Below, piece by piece: positions 8,041 to 16,922 of a stretch of 32,000 nucleotides of DNA. Source of the stretch: Candidatus Saccharimonadota bacterium. Its GTDB lineage: Bacteria > Patescibacteriota > Microgenomatia > UBA1406 > GWC2-37-13. The stretch spans positions 720,001-752,000 of the forward strand of contig CP066689.1 of assembly GCA_016432445.1 (NCBI GenBank), written 5' to 3'. The notes below the pieces were generated by a model. The model had not been told where the DNA came from. It was given only the letters and a program-made list of their open reading frames with translations, and made no database searches. The stretch's first letter is position 1. The number at the start of each line of letters is the position of its first letter. The position numbers and the translations under genes are program-made.

Positions 8041-8200
8041 TTTTGTTAAAGCTGCAACTTTCTAATTTATTTTTTTCTTCAAACTGTTGAAACCCAACTT
8101 CGATTAAAGCATCAAAGCAATCAATTATTAACTGAATTTGAGTATCAGTCATTTTTTCAGAAACTACACCTATAATTTTTCTTGCTTTTTCAATTGTCAT
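8030..8200 (-). CDS. 56-aa hypothetical protein upstream of and overlapping the recombinase start
   Basis: Hand-translated (MTIEKARKIIGVVSEKMTDTQIQLIIDCFDALIEVGFQQFEEKNKLESCSFNKNGR). Its 3' end overlaps the recombinase ATG at 8040 by 11 nt. Too short for the ORF track. Confidence 0.35.
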   Translation of the reverse strand: MTIEKARKIIGVVSEKMTDTQIQLIIDCFDALIEVGFQQFEEKNKLESCSFNKNGR

Positions 8201-8209
8201 AAATAATGA

Positions 8210-9049
8210 CTAATTGAATTTATAATCAGGGTTATTAACTCTCCAAAAAAAGAACTTAATCTTGGCTATGTTATTTAATGTCCTAAATTTAGCGTGATCA
8301 TATAAGTAGCTGTAAGCCAGCTCAATATTTTTCCCTAAAGTAGTTTTATTCTCGGCATCTTTAAAAAGTTTAAACCACCTTTTATCTAATTTTTGTTCTA
8401 TAACTGCAATATCGTTTATATCTATATCTAACTTCTCTGCATATCTTAAAGATTTTTCTTGAAATGCTACTTTTATATTAGGTTGCGATTTTATCCTTTC
8501 CGGTAAGGTTGCGATTATAGATGCTATCCCTACAGGTGGGTTTGAATGTTCTTCTGAAGATTGTTTTGATTCATGGGCTTCGCCATATAATTTATTTTTT
8601 TCATTATTTTCTTTTTCTTCATTGTTGTTTAAAGTAGATTTCGTTTCTCTTTTTATTGTAGTTTTCTTGTATTTATCGTTATCTATTTCATAGTTTGCTG
8701 AATTTTGAAAATAGTTATAATTGACAATCTCAATCCATAACCCTCTTACCGTTTTCCTCGTATTCGCCATTCCATGTTTCTTAATACGCCGCACAAAGCC
8801 TTCGATAACTGATTTTGTAGGTTTATCCTTTCTATATCCTACCCTATAACTACCAATTTCTCGCATTTCTTCGTAACTAGTTAATGTTTGTCCACGTTTA
8901 TAAATAACACCGTCTTTTTTTACTTCTGTATGATTAGCTTTGCCAATTAACCATATCCAAATCTTAAACCAGGTTAATGGCCATATCATTATTTCTGATT
9001 CAAATATTTTTCTGGCGATCATAAAATATCCACCTTTTATATTTTCCAT
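8210..9049 (-). CDS. winged-helix replication-initiator/replisome-organizer-like protein (phage/plasmid type)
   Basis: The N-terminal pattern GGYFMIARKIFESEI...W...KIWIWLIGKANH...KRGQTLTSYEEM...VIEGFVRRIKKHGM resembles phage replication-protein N-terminal wHTH domains. It is followed by an acidic/Asn-rich linker. ATG at 9049 is preferred over the track's TTG at 9070. Confidence 0.45.
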   Translation of the reverse strand: MENIKGGYFMIARKIFESEIMIWPLTWFKIWIWLIGKANHTEVKKDGVIYKRGQTLTSYEEMREIGSYRVGYRKDKPTKSVIEGFVRRIKKHGMANTRKTVRGLWIEIVNYNYFQNSANYEIDNDKYKKTTIKRETKSTLNNNEEKENNEKNKLYGEAHESKQSSEEHSNPPVGIASIIATLPERIKSQPNIKVAFQEKSLRYAEKLDIDINDIAVIEQKLDKRWFKLFKDAENKTTLGKNIELAYSYLYDHAKFRTLNNIAKIKFFFWRVNNPDYKFN

Positions 9050-9089
9050 ATTTATTAATTCTGTTAACAAAAAATCCTAAAGTAATTTT

Positions 9090-9344
9090 TCAACATCCAT
9101 AAATCCTTGACTTAACATCTTTCAGAGCGTAAAAATATTTTTTAGGACTTACTTTTACTGATTCATTCCAATATGATTGAATTGCTTTTTGAAGCTTAGA
9201 AGAGTTGTAGAATATAAAACTCATCTTTTTAGGATTTGTTTTATCAATGTCTATGAGAGGAAAATCCCACGCAATTAAAGCAGCAACTAAAGATAGTTCT
9301 TGTGAGATAAAATAATCATCCTCTCGTAATTCTTTCTTAATCAT
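9090..9344 (-). CDS. DUF5659-like small protein (phage-associated)
   Basis: YFISQELSLVAALIAWDFPLIDIDKTNPKKMSFIFYNSSKLQKAIQSYWN matches my memory of the DUF5659 pattern. Start taken at the internal Met (MIKKEL). Confidence 0.45.
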   Translation of the reverse strand: MIKKELREDDYFISQELSLVAALIAWDFPLIDIDKTNPKKMSFIFYNSSKLQKAIQSYWNESVKVSPKKYFYALKDVKSRIYGC

Positions 9345-9447
9345 AATGACAACTATTAAGTGATTACGAGAAGCTGTCAAGAAGGTAATTTGAAGCTAAA
9401 AAATAGATTTAGGCATAATCTTTATAATCACTTACTTGATTATGAAA

Positions 9448-10224
9448 TTAACGAAGATTAAATAGCCATGCTTTTTCTTCACGCATAAATTCAATGCTAA
9501 ATCTCTGTTTTAGTACTTTTTTTATTTTTTTATTTCTTATATTACTAACCGAATGACCTAAATACGAGCTCCTTATATCTTCATCAAATAACTCTTGATA
9601 TATTTTTATTATTTCTGATGTGGTAAACAAATTGTTACCTGTTCTTTTTCGTAATTCAAGAAAACTTTCTATTATTTTTCTCCATTTTAACGCTCCACTA
9701 AAATCAAGCGTTTCTATATTTCCATCACCCATTTTAAAGAAAAAACTTTTATTGTGATAAACGACATCTTCTCCAGACTTGAAAAATATGGTTTGATTCA
9801 TATTCAAATACTGATTAAGAAGTTGAGTATTTATATTACCAAAGACAATATCAGTATGATAAGCATCTTTATAAGGATTAATTGTCCAACAATCAAAACA
9901 ACCATAAGCTTTTAATTTATCTAAGAAAGCACGAAATAAAGATGATTCCATATTAGTGAAATTAAAACATTGGAGAGGTATCGTTCTTTTTTTAATCGAA
10001 GCCCATTCAATGATCGTCTTTAGTGTGTGAACATATTTATCATCTGTAGTTTTTGTTATTCTTTCTTGTTTTTCCTGCCATAATTTTTTGGCTTCTTCCT
10101 GCTTTTCTTTATAAGCTTTTTGTCTTGACTGCTCTTTTAATTTTTCAATTTGAGGGGTTAATGTATCAGGTATTATATCTGGATAATAAACGGCGGTAAC
10201 ATTTGATTGGCTTTTTTTAGCCAT
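9448..10224 (-). CDS. hypothetical protein with N-terminal charged coiled-coil
   Basis: 258-aa ORF in the minus-strand operon. No family recognised. Confidence 0.55.
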   Translation of the reverse strand: MAKKSQSNVTAVYYPDIIPDTLTPQIEKLKEQSRQKAYKEKQEEAKKLWQEKQERITKTTDDKYVHTLKTIIEWASIKKRTIPLQCFNFTNMESSLFRAFLDKLKAYGCFDCWTINPYKDAYHTDIVFGNINTQLLNQYLNMNQTIFFKSGEDVVYHNKSFFFKMGDGNIETLDFSGALKWRKIIESFLELRKRTGNNLFTTSEIIKIYQELFDEDIRSSYLGHSVSNIRNKKIKKVLKQRFSIEFMREEKAWLFNLR

Positions 10225-10256
10225 ATTTATTTTATCTTAATTTTTTTTAAAAAATA

Positions 10257-10583
10257 CTAAACAAGAGATTCTATCATTCCTTTAAATCTTTGTTTTTTAT
10301 ATTTTAGATTTAAGCAACATCTACAACCAATGACATCCTCTAATGGATGTTTATAAAGCATTCCAACACGTTTATTACAGTTAGGGCAAATGAACCAAAA
10401 TTTTTCGCCATTAAACTTTGTCCTTGAAGTAGTGAGATTCACTATAATCCCTAAAGCTTCAATTTGAGCATTAAGGAGAGTTATTTTTAACTCTTTTTGA
10501 GCTTTGCGCACCAGATCATCAATTTTGATCTTATAACAGTTTTCCGCTATGAAATTAGTTCCTAAATCACATGGGTTTAACAT
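10257..10583 (-). CDS. zinc-ribbon protein (CPNC ... CRCC)
   Basis: 108 aa. FWFICPNCNKRVGMLYKHPLEDVIGCRCCLNLKYKKQ resembles a widespread uncharacterised Zn-ribbon family found in mobile elements. It overlaps the upstream gene by 17 nt. Confidence 0.5.
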   Translation of the reverse strand: MLNPCDLGTNFIAENCYKIKIDDLVRKAQKELKITLLNAQIEALGIIVNLTTSRTKFNGEKFWFICPNCNKRVGMLYKHPLEDVIGCRCCLNLKYKKQRFKGMIESLV

Positions 10584-11196
10584 TTTGATTCTCCTGAATT
10601 ACCTGATTTTGACCAAGAATTGCAGTATTTGTTTTAATATTAAAGTTAACTTGTGGCTGCTTTAACATCCTTAAAGCTTGAATGGAAGTTAAATAGTGTC
10701 TATTCGCTCTGTCTAATTCTTTACTCAACACTGCCATTACTTTAATTCTTAATTCTGAAATTTGACCTGATGATATGTAAGTATTCATAAGGTTTTGTAT
10801 TTCTAATGTTCTTATATAGTTTATTGTTACAAGCTCTGCTGTTGCCTGTTCACTTATAGTTGTACAGCTATACTCTTTTTGCAACTTCCTTAACATATCT
10901 ATTGCAAAAGTTCTATAAGATTCATCTAGAGAACTTACCATTAAAGCTCCATTTTGAAACTCATTTAAAGTCATTGCTTTAAATAGATTTTTTTCTTTAG
11001 ACACAAAATTTTCACCCTCTAATTCTTCCTCATCATATTCATCATCTTCTTCTTTATTAATATTTTTTTTATCATTAATAATCTTTATCTCAGCATCTGC
11101 ATTTTGAATAACAGAATAAGGATCATAAGTCGTCTGTAAGCGATCAATATCCCTTTTAATTTCATCTACTGTTCTTATTTTTGTAGGAATATTCAT
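10567..11196 (-). CDS. hypothetical helical protein with acidic linker
   Basis: 209-aa ORF with an acidic stretch (EEDDEYDEEELEGE). No family recognised. Confidence 0.55.
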   Translation of the reverse strand: MNIPTKIRTVDEIKRDIDRLQTTYDPYSVIQNADAEIKIINDKKNINKEEDDEYDEEELEGENFVSKEKNLFKAMTLNEFQNGALMVSSLDESYRTFAIDMLRKLQKEYSCTTISEQATAELVTINYIRTLEIQNLMNTYISSGQISELRIKVMAVLSKELDRANRHYLTSIQALRMLKQPQVNFNIKTNTAILGQNQVIQENQNVKPM

Positions 11197-11282
11197 CAGT
11201 TATTATTATCCCACACATTTATCTATGCATGTCAAACTAAGATTAATGTTTGATTTATCTAACAAAAAAATACATAAAGCAG

Positions 11283-11549
11283 TTAAAAACCTTTAAAGAA
11301 ATCCGATAAAGAAACACCTAATGCATGAGCAATTCGCCAAATTGTGTGAAGACTAGGGGAGTATTTACCTTGTTCAATTTTATTTACATATGTATGGTAA
11401 TAACCGGCTTTAATTGAGAGTTGTTCCTGGCTGATATTTTTGCTTTCTCTAATCTTTCTTAAATATCTTCCAAAGAACATCGCAAAATCCTTTTTTTCTT
11501 TTCTCCTGGCAGCAGGATTATCTTCATAGCTAAGATTTTTAGGCTTCAT
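11283..11549 (-). CDS. XRE-family helix-turn-helix transcriptional regulator
   Basis: LRKIRESKNISQEQLSIKAGYYHTYVNKIEQGKYSPSLHTIWRIAHALGVSLSDFF is a canonical HTH_3 pattern. The start is uncertain: 11549 (MKPKNL) or about 11480 (MFFGRYL). Confidence 0.8.
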   Translation of the reverse strand: MKPKNLSYEDNPAARRKEKKDFAMFFGRYLRKIRESKNISQEQLSIKAGYYHTYVNKIEQGKYSPSLHTIWRIAHALGVSLSDFFKGF

Positions 11550-11606
11550 GCATATTATTACACAGAAACCTTCTCTTATCTGCACTGCACTACTATTGTG
11601 GCCTTC

Positions 11607-11615
11607 TGATATACT
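11607..11615 (+). promoter_or_regulatory. extended -10 promoter (TGaTATACT) 7 nt before ATG 11623
   Basis: TG at 11607-11608, TATACT at 11610-11615, ATG at 11623. It faces away from the XRE gene. Confidence 0.4.
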
Positions 11616-11622
11616 ATACATA

Positions 11623-12360
11623 ATGGGAATGCAAATAGCTTATGTTTTATGTGAAGAATGTGAATTTACAGTTATATTTAAGTCAAAAAATGATGCTTTC
11701 TTTTTTTGCAAAATAGACAAAGTCGGTTACAATATCCCCTTAGAAAATGCTAATAAGCCTTCGTGCCCTAAATGTAAATCTTTAATGGAATGTTATAGCG
11801 TATTAGAAGAAGATAATATTTGTCCTGTTTGCAACAACGGATATTTAAGTGTTATGCGCATTAAAGAAGAAGAATTAAAAACACCTAAACATCAAGAATT
11901 GGTCAACCAGATATTTAAAAATAAGATCAATAAAGATAAAGATGGAATAATATTGAAGACTTTAAAATATTCTGCAGCTTCGTCTCTATTGTTCTTTATT
12001 CCAATACTTGCAGTTATTAAACCAGAATTTGTTCAAGAAAATTTTATAGATAATTTTGTTTTAATCACCTTACTAGTATTCATAGTAAGCCTTATTGTTA
12101 TTGTTTTTTTTAAATTCATAAAGCCTCTTGGACTTAATAGATTTCTAATAAATGCAAGAAAACCTTCATTAATAGTAAGTTTTTGCCTGCTCTTAGCAGT
12201 TATAGGTTATTTCTATTGGTTTCAATGGAAACCAAGTGAGATTAGAAAATCATGCGCTAAAGAAGTTATAGAGAAATACAGTGGTTCAAATAAAAATAAT
12301 TATTATAGATTGTGCGTAACCCAAAAAGGATTAAAACCAGAATCTATTTTTGTTAAATAA
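11623..12360 (+). CDS. double zinc-ribbon protein with C-terminal multi-TM region
   Basis: CEEC, CPKC and CPVC pairs occur in the first ~75 aa. Three to four hydrophobic helices follow (AASSLLFFIPILAVI, FVLITLLVFIVSLIVIVFF, SLIVSFCLLLAVIGYFYWF). Start taken at the internal ATG of ORF 11548..12360. Confidence 0.55.
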   Translation: MGMQIAYVLCEECEFTVIFKSKNDAFFFCKIDKVGYNIPLENANKPSCPKCKSLMECYSVLEEDNICPVCNNGYLSVMRIKEEELKTPKHQELVNQIFKNKINKDKDGIILKTLKYSAASSLLFFIPILAVIKPEFVQENFIDNFVLITLLVFIVSLIVIVFFKFIKPLGLNRFLINARKPSLIVSFCLLLAVIGYFYWFQWKPSEIRKSCAKEVIEKYSGSNKNNYYRLCVTQKGLKPESIFVK

Positions 12361-12980
12361 TGGAAAATAAAATTACTGATATAAATGATTTAGTTGCATG
12401 TCTTACTGCTGCTGCTATGAAACCTCTGTTAAATGATAACGTTTGGCAATGTTATGGATATAACAAACGTCCGATTAAAGGTAATATTTGGAATAAATTA
12501 TTTCCTAAAAAGTTTGAATTAGATAACTTTATTACAAGAGAAATCCTAACTATGGGGTTAATTGATATATTAAATGGAATCAAGAAATCAAATCAAACAT
12601 TTGATACAAAATTGTTAATCTCAATAGGTCTTATTGATCAATATCTATCTACTACGAAGCACTTGTTTTCTGAGGATCTATTTATGGAAAATCTTTTTTC
12701 ATCCTATTATGCTTTTAAAATTTGCGATAAATCAAAGCTCCATGAACCTTTTATATTAAAAGCTAAGGATGTACTAAATAAGAAAAATTTTGCGAAATTT
12801 ATGGTTGGCACAATTAGGCTACTTGCAATCGAACATGCAGCCGATTATCTGTTGAACAGTAATAATATTAAGGATTTCGTTGACAATTCCCTCGTAGAAA
12901 ACATACTGAAAATTTCTATGCCAGAAGAAAAATGGAGAGAATATGGGAAACTAATATCTGAGAAAATTTTAAAAGTATAA
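12360..12980 (+). CDS. hypothetical helical protein
   Basis: 206-aa ORF. Its ATG overlaps the upstream TAA (TAATG). No family recognised. Confidence 0.55.
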   Translation: MENKITDINDLVACLTAAAMKPLLNDNVWQCYGYNKRPIKGNIWNKLFPKKFELDNFITREILTMGLIDILNGIKKSNQTFDTKLLISIGLIDQYLSTTKHLFSEDLFMENLFSSYYAFKICDKSKLHEPFILKAKDVLNKKNFAKFMVGTIRLLAIEHAADYLLNSNNIKDFVDNSLVENILKISMPEEKWREYGKLISEKILKV

Positions 12981-12987
12981 TAAAATT

Positions 12988-13641
12988 ATGATTCACAATA
13001 AGACGGAGCTTCTAATCTACCTTATACGCCATGCAGAGTCTGAAATGAATCAAAAACCCGAATTAATAGCCGGTAGAAGTCCCCAAAGCCCTCTTTCAGA
13101 AAAAGGGAAAATTCAATCTCTTAATTTAGGAAGAAAACTAAACCAAGAAGGAATTAAATTTGATGCAATATATTCATCTCCTTTAATAAGAACTAAAATG
13201 ACAGCAGAACTGGTCTTAAAAGAGATGAAAATATCAAAAGATATGATTATAGAAGTACCGGAGTTAGTAGAATTTAGTTCCGGTGATTGGGAAGGTCGCT
13301 CTAGACAAGAAATTTATACGCCAGAGATATTACAATACATAAATACAAAAGGGTCATTATTTACTCCTCCTAATGGAGAATCTCAATTAATGGTTGAACA
13401 TAGAGCATCCGGATGGTTTATTAAAGAAATACTACATAATCCTAATTATTTTGATAAAACAAAAACTATAGCTATTTTTTCTCATGGATTGACTATAAAA
13501 TGTTTACTTCATTTTGTAATGCATTTTGATGATCGTTTAATTTACAGAATCCGTTTAGACAATACCGCTTACTGCAAGTTACGCTTGAATCGTGAAGGAT
13601 GGTTTATTGATAGTCTCAATGAGACTTCACAATTACTATGA
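12988..13641 (+). CDS. histidine phosphatase family protein (phosphoglycerate-mutase-like)
   Basis: N-terminal RHG-type motif (LIRHAESEMN), SSPLIRTKMTAE and the C-terminal His motif (IFSHGLTIKCLL). Confidence 0.8.
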   Translation: MIHNKTELLIYLIRHAESEMNQKPELIAGRSPQSPLSEKGKIQSLNLGRKLNQEGIKFDAIYSSPLIRTKMTAELVLKEMKISKDMIIEVPELVEFSSGDWEGRSRQEIYTPEILQYINTKGSLFTPPNGESQLMVEHRASGWFIKEILHNPNYFDKTKTIAIFSHGLTIKCLLHFVMHFDDRLIYRIRLDNTAYCKLRLNREGWFIDSLNETSQLL

Positions 13642-13700
13642 ATACTTTACAGACATCCTGTTACAACCTTTAATCAAGACACTAATCTATTAAAAAATTA

Positions 13701-14003
13701 ATGAAAAAACTATACCAATTATTAGGCACTCTGTTTATCATAAGTGGGATCATTTTCCTGTTTATTCATTCAATGGTAGTTACAGACACAAAAGGTGAGT
13801 CTTTTGCCAGAGATCTCTTTGGTTTCCCTATCCCTCATCCTCCGGGGTGGACTTCCTTCATTCCAATCTTCAGTACACTAGTGATGTTTGTTTTTGAGTT
13901 TTTCTCACTGCATGGACTTGTCGGAATAGTTATTTTTGGAATCCTTATTTATATTGGCATCTTTATCATTGGTCTTGGTGGGAAAAAAAATAAGGCAGCA
14001 TAA
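13701..14003 (+). CDS. small three-TM membrane protein
   Basis: 100-aa, strongly hydrophobic ORF. No family recognised. Confidence 0.5.
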   Translation: MKKLYQLLGTLFIISGIIFLFIHSMVVTDTKGESFARDLFGFPIPHPPGWTSFIPIFSTLVMFVFEFFSLHGLVGIVIFGILIYIGIFIIGLGGKKNKAA

Positions 14004-14119
14004 AAACTGTTATATTAGTTCATAGAACGATGAAATGATTAGAAATCATCAAAGATGAAGATATATATGTCAAGTACCAAATTTATTAAATTCGTTCAAA
14101 TTTATTGATTACAAAATAA

Positions 14120-14314
14120 GCCATAAATAACAAAAAAATAGTAAACCATTGGCTAACACCGCAATTACAACAAAAAGTTCGAGATGTTTTTGAACCTCGT
14201 TATAAACGAGAACTAACAGATGAAGAAGTTTTTGAGATTGCAGATAATCTAACAGGTTTAATTGAGGTTATCCTTCAATACCAATGGAGAAAAAAATATA
14301 ACAATAAGACCTAA
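14120..14314 (+). pseudogene. start-less ORF fragment (…NHWLTPQLQQKVRDVFEPRYKRELTDEEVFEIADNLTGLIEVILQYQWRKKYNNKT*)
   Basis: A 64-codon open frame ends at TAA 14312-14314 and has no in-frame ATG, GTG or TTG. The protein-like composition suggests a C-terminal remnant of a longer gene. Confidence 0.25.
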
Positions 14315-15120
14315 ACGCTAGAATTAAGTTGTACAGCTATATTATTAAATTCTTTAGAAAAATCTTCCAATCGCTTATTTAAATTAAGATCAACATAATT
14401 ATTTATCAATTTCAATAATTGTAAATACAGGTCTGCTGATAAAAATATTGATTCATTAACCCAATTATCACTTGGTGAATCATTGTAAATCATTTGATTT
14501 GTTTTGTGTTCAGCAAAATCTTCTAAGCTAGAATACAGCGAATGTGATATCTTAGAAACTTGCCAATAAATTTGTTTGTAATAGTAAAGATAACCAGTTT
14601 CTAAAGCTAAATGTCTCATTGTTGAGAAACTCCAGTTATATTCTTTTATTCCTTTAACTTTTTTTATTTTAAGTTCTTTAATTATATCTTCTCTTGATTT
14701 TTTAATCTTTTCGATAATTTTAATATCACATTTTTCTAATACTTTTTCATATGCTTTTTTTATATCAGGCTTTGATATACCTTCATATAAACCCTTCAGC
14801 CTATTATAATAATCTAATGTGTCATACTCCTTAAATAAAATAGCTCTATTAGTACTGTCTTCTTTTAAGATGTAAGCTAAGGTTACTAATCCCTCAAATA
14901 TCGATCTCGCAATAATGGCTGCATCTTCACCATATCCTTGAGAAAGGATTGTTATAGCTCTGCATGACTTAGTTATTTTAGAAAGAGTCAAAAAAACAAT
15001 TTTATCTATGTCTACATGTTCTTTAGATTGATACTTTACCTCTAAAACATACTTTAATTCATCATTATAGAAATTAATAAGCTTTAATAAATAGTTTTTT
15101 AATGACTCAAACATATTCAT
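14311..15120 (-). CDS. DUF5677-like helical protein
   Basis: KSCRAITILSQGYGEDAAIIARSIFEGLVTLAYILKED resembles the DUF5677 core as I remember it. ATG at 15120 is preferred over the track's TTG at 15144. It is the last gene of the 16911-to-14311 operon. Confidence 0.5.
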   Translation of the reverse strand: MNMFESLKNYLLKLINFYNDELKYVLEVKYQSKEHVDIDKIVFLTLSKITKSCRAITILSQGYGEDAAIIARSIFEGLVTLAYILKEDSTNRAILFKEYDTLDYYNRLKGLYEGISKPDIKKAYEKVLEKCDIKIIEKIKKSREDIIKELKIKKVKGIKEYNWSFSTMRHLALETGYLYYYKQIYWQVSKISHSLYSSLEDFAEHKTNQMIYNDSPSDNWVNESIFLSADLYLQLLKLINNYVDLNLNKRLEDFSKEFNNIAVQLNSSV

Positions 15121-15127
15121 AAAAAAA

Positions 15128-15874
15128 TCATATGAATTCTGCAATAGTAGGTAATATCGGTTTATTGTTAACTCCTATGAATTTATGAGAATATCGTACT
15201 TCGTTTTCTAATGCCGGTAAAATAGGCTCTAAGATAAGAACTGTAGAAATTATATTTGTACCATCTTGAGTAGTTATCTCATCCTGTATAGCGCCACTTC
15301 CTCCCGCCATCGCCGAGACAGCTAACATAGTAATAATTTGATGATGCATGTCAGGAGTAATAACTAATAAATTATTGTCTCCTTTCGTAAACTTCGGTAA
15401 AGCGTTTTTGATGGAATCTTCCACTGTATACTTTATTTCTTCTTCAGATGAAAAAGAACCTGCTTCACCATTAATATATTTAGGCTTACTTACACGTATT
15501 CTTTTTTGACTTTCAGATAAGTTCGAATCTTTCCATAATTGACCTTTCCATGATGGAGCCTTAACTTCAACCTTCCACAAATTATTTTTTAAATCTTTTA
15601 TGGATAGATCTAACTTCGTATAATCTTTTCCATCAGGCTCTAAATCTTCTATATTTAATCTTAGAATTTTTCCAAAAAAATATATTGTTTTAAGTTCACC
15701 AAGTAGTTCATTTCTTTGTTTATCAATTAAAACACGCTTTTTGTTTTTTTTATAATAATCTTTGTTTAAATAAAAAACAAATTCAAGCCATTTATTAATT
15801 TCCTGATTCCACTCGGGTGAGTAACCAAAATCATCTTGAGGAGTATGTTGAAAATAATCAGAATAAAAATTCAT
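15128..15874 (-). CDS. hypothetical protein with PD-(D/E)xK nuclease-like motif
   Basis: 248 aa. LEPDGKDYTKLDLSIKDLKNNLWKVEVKAPS gives P-D, 21 residues, then E-V-K, preceded by a Glu-containing helix (NELLGELK). The fold assignment is inference only. Confidence 0.4.
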   Translation of the reverse strand: MNFYSDYFQHTPQDDFGYSPEWNQEINKWLEFVFYLNKDYYKKNKKRVLIDKQRNELLGELKTIYFFGKILRLNIEDLEPDGKDYTKLDLSIKDLKNNLWKVEVKAPSWKGQLWKDSNLSESQKRIRVSKPKYINGEAGSFSSEEEIKYTVEDSIKNALPKFTKGDNNLLVITPDMHHQIITMLAVSAMAGGSGAIQDEITTQDGTNIISTVLILEPILPALENEVRYSHKFIGVNNKPILPTIAEFI

Positions 15875-15892
15875 TCCATTTGATTAGGAAAC

Positions 15893-16276
15893 TTATACTT
15901 TTTTTCCTAAGAGATTGACAAGAAGATTGAAAAATTTATCTGGTGCTTTATCTAAACTATCAACCACAAGTTTTAATTTTTCTTTTTCTCCAATGTTAGC
16001 CAATTGCTCTGCTTCTCGTTGCAAAATTTCCTTTAAAGCATTAAAAGCTCCATGAATCAAAGTTGCTCTTACTTCATGTTTCTTTTCTTTGTGATATAAC
16101 CACACCGCAATCAATATCAATGCTACTCCCAATGAATTATTTGCAAGATATTGCCATTTGTCTGGAGATAGTTGTAGTGATGTTGTTCCTATTACAATTA
16201 CACCACCAATTCCACCAGCCAATTCTAAGACATTGCTAATTGTCACATTTACTTTAGGATTAAACGGTAATGACAT
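15893..16276 (-). CDS. two-TM membrane protein with C-terminal charged helix
   Basis: 127 aa. TM helices LAGGIGGVIVIGTTSL and LGVALILIAVWLY. No family recognised. Confidence 0.5.
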   Translation of the reverse strand: MSLPFNPKVNVTISNVLELAGGIGGVIVIGTTSLQLSPDKWQYLANNSLGVALILIAVWLYHKEKKHEVRATLIHGAFNALKEILQREAEQLANIGEKEKLKLVVDSLDKAPDKFFNLLVNLLGKKV

Positions 16277-16299
16277 GTGAATAAATTATATCATCAGTT

Positions 16300-16911
16300 T
16301 TATATCCTCACTAGTCTGAAGTTTTTTAAGGATTTACCTAAATTCAGCAAAATAAAATTCCTAACCCACTCTTTTCCTTCAGCAGCAATTTTAACTTTCA
16401 ATAAGTACCTCTTTTGATCAAGTTGAAAATCCGGCTTTTCCCAAGAATATAGATAACTTTCATTATTAAAGGCATAGCATTCATCCATTCCTTGTTTTTT
16501 TATAGCTATAGAAATTTCTGTTGACTCATCAGGTGGTATTGTTTCTCTTGAAACAAGTAATGCATCTCCAATATTAACACCCCCATGATAATCTACTGGT
16601 TCTTTTGTAGTAGTCCAACGACCATTTATTTTGAGCAATTCTGCCTTTGTTTCAGGATCAAGAAAACTTAACCATACCCGAGCATTTGTAGCTGTATTAC
16701 TACTAATAAAAAAACTTAATATTCCTCTTTTAACATTTATAACACTAACATTCATAAATTTATAATGATCTTTAGCTGTAGGAGGTTGAAAAATAGGGGA
16801 AGTCCCTATATCTATTTTAAAATTGGGGGCTGTTAATATATCTGTTAGCCTTTGAAGTAACCATCCAATAATTGCACCAAATAATAATAGTAAAAATTCC
16901 TTTAATTGCAT
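16300..16911 (-). CDS. N-terminally membrane-anchored protein with beta-rich extracytoplasmic-looking domain
   Basis: 203 aa. Single N-terminal TM (FLLLLFGAIIGWLLQ). No family recognised. First gene of the cassette. Confidence 0.5.
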   Translation of the reverse strand: MQLKEFLLLLFGAIIGWLLQRLTDILTAPNFKIDIGTSPIFQPPTAKDHYKFMNVSVINVKRGILSFFISSNTATNARVWLSFLDPETKAELLKINGRWTTTKEPVDYHGGVNIGDALLVSRETIPPDESTEISIAIKKQGMDECYAFNNESYLYSWEKPDFQLDQKRYLLKVKIAAEGKEWVRNFILLNLGKSLKNFRLVRI

Positions 16912-16922
16912 AATTTGTTTAG

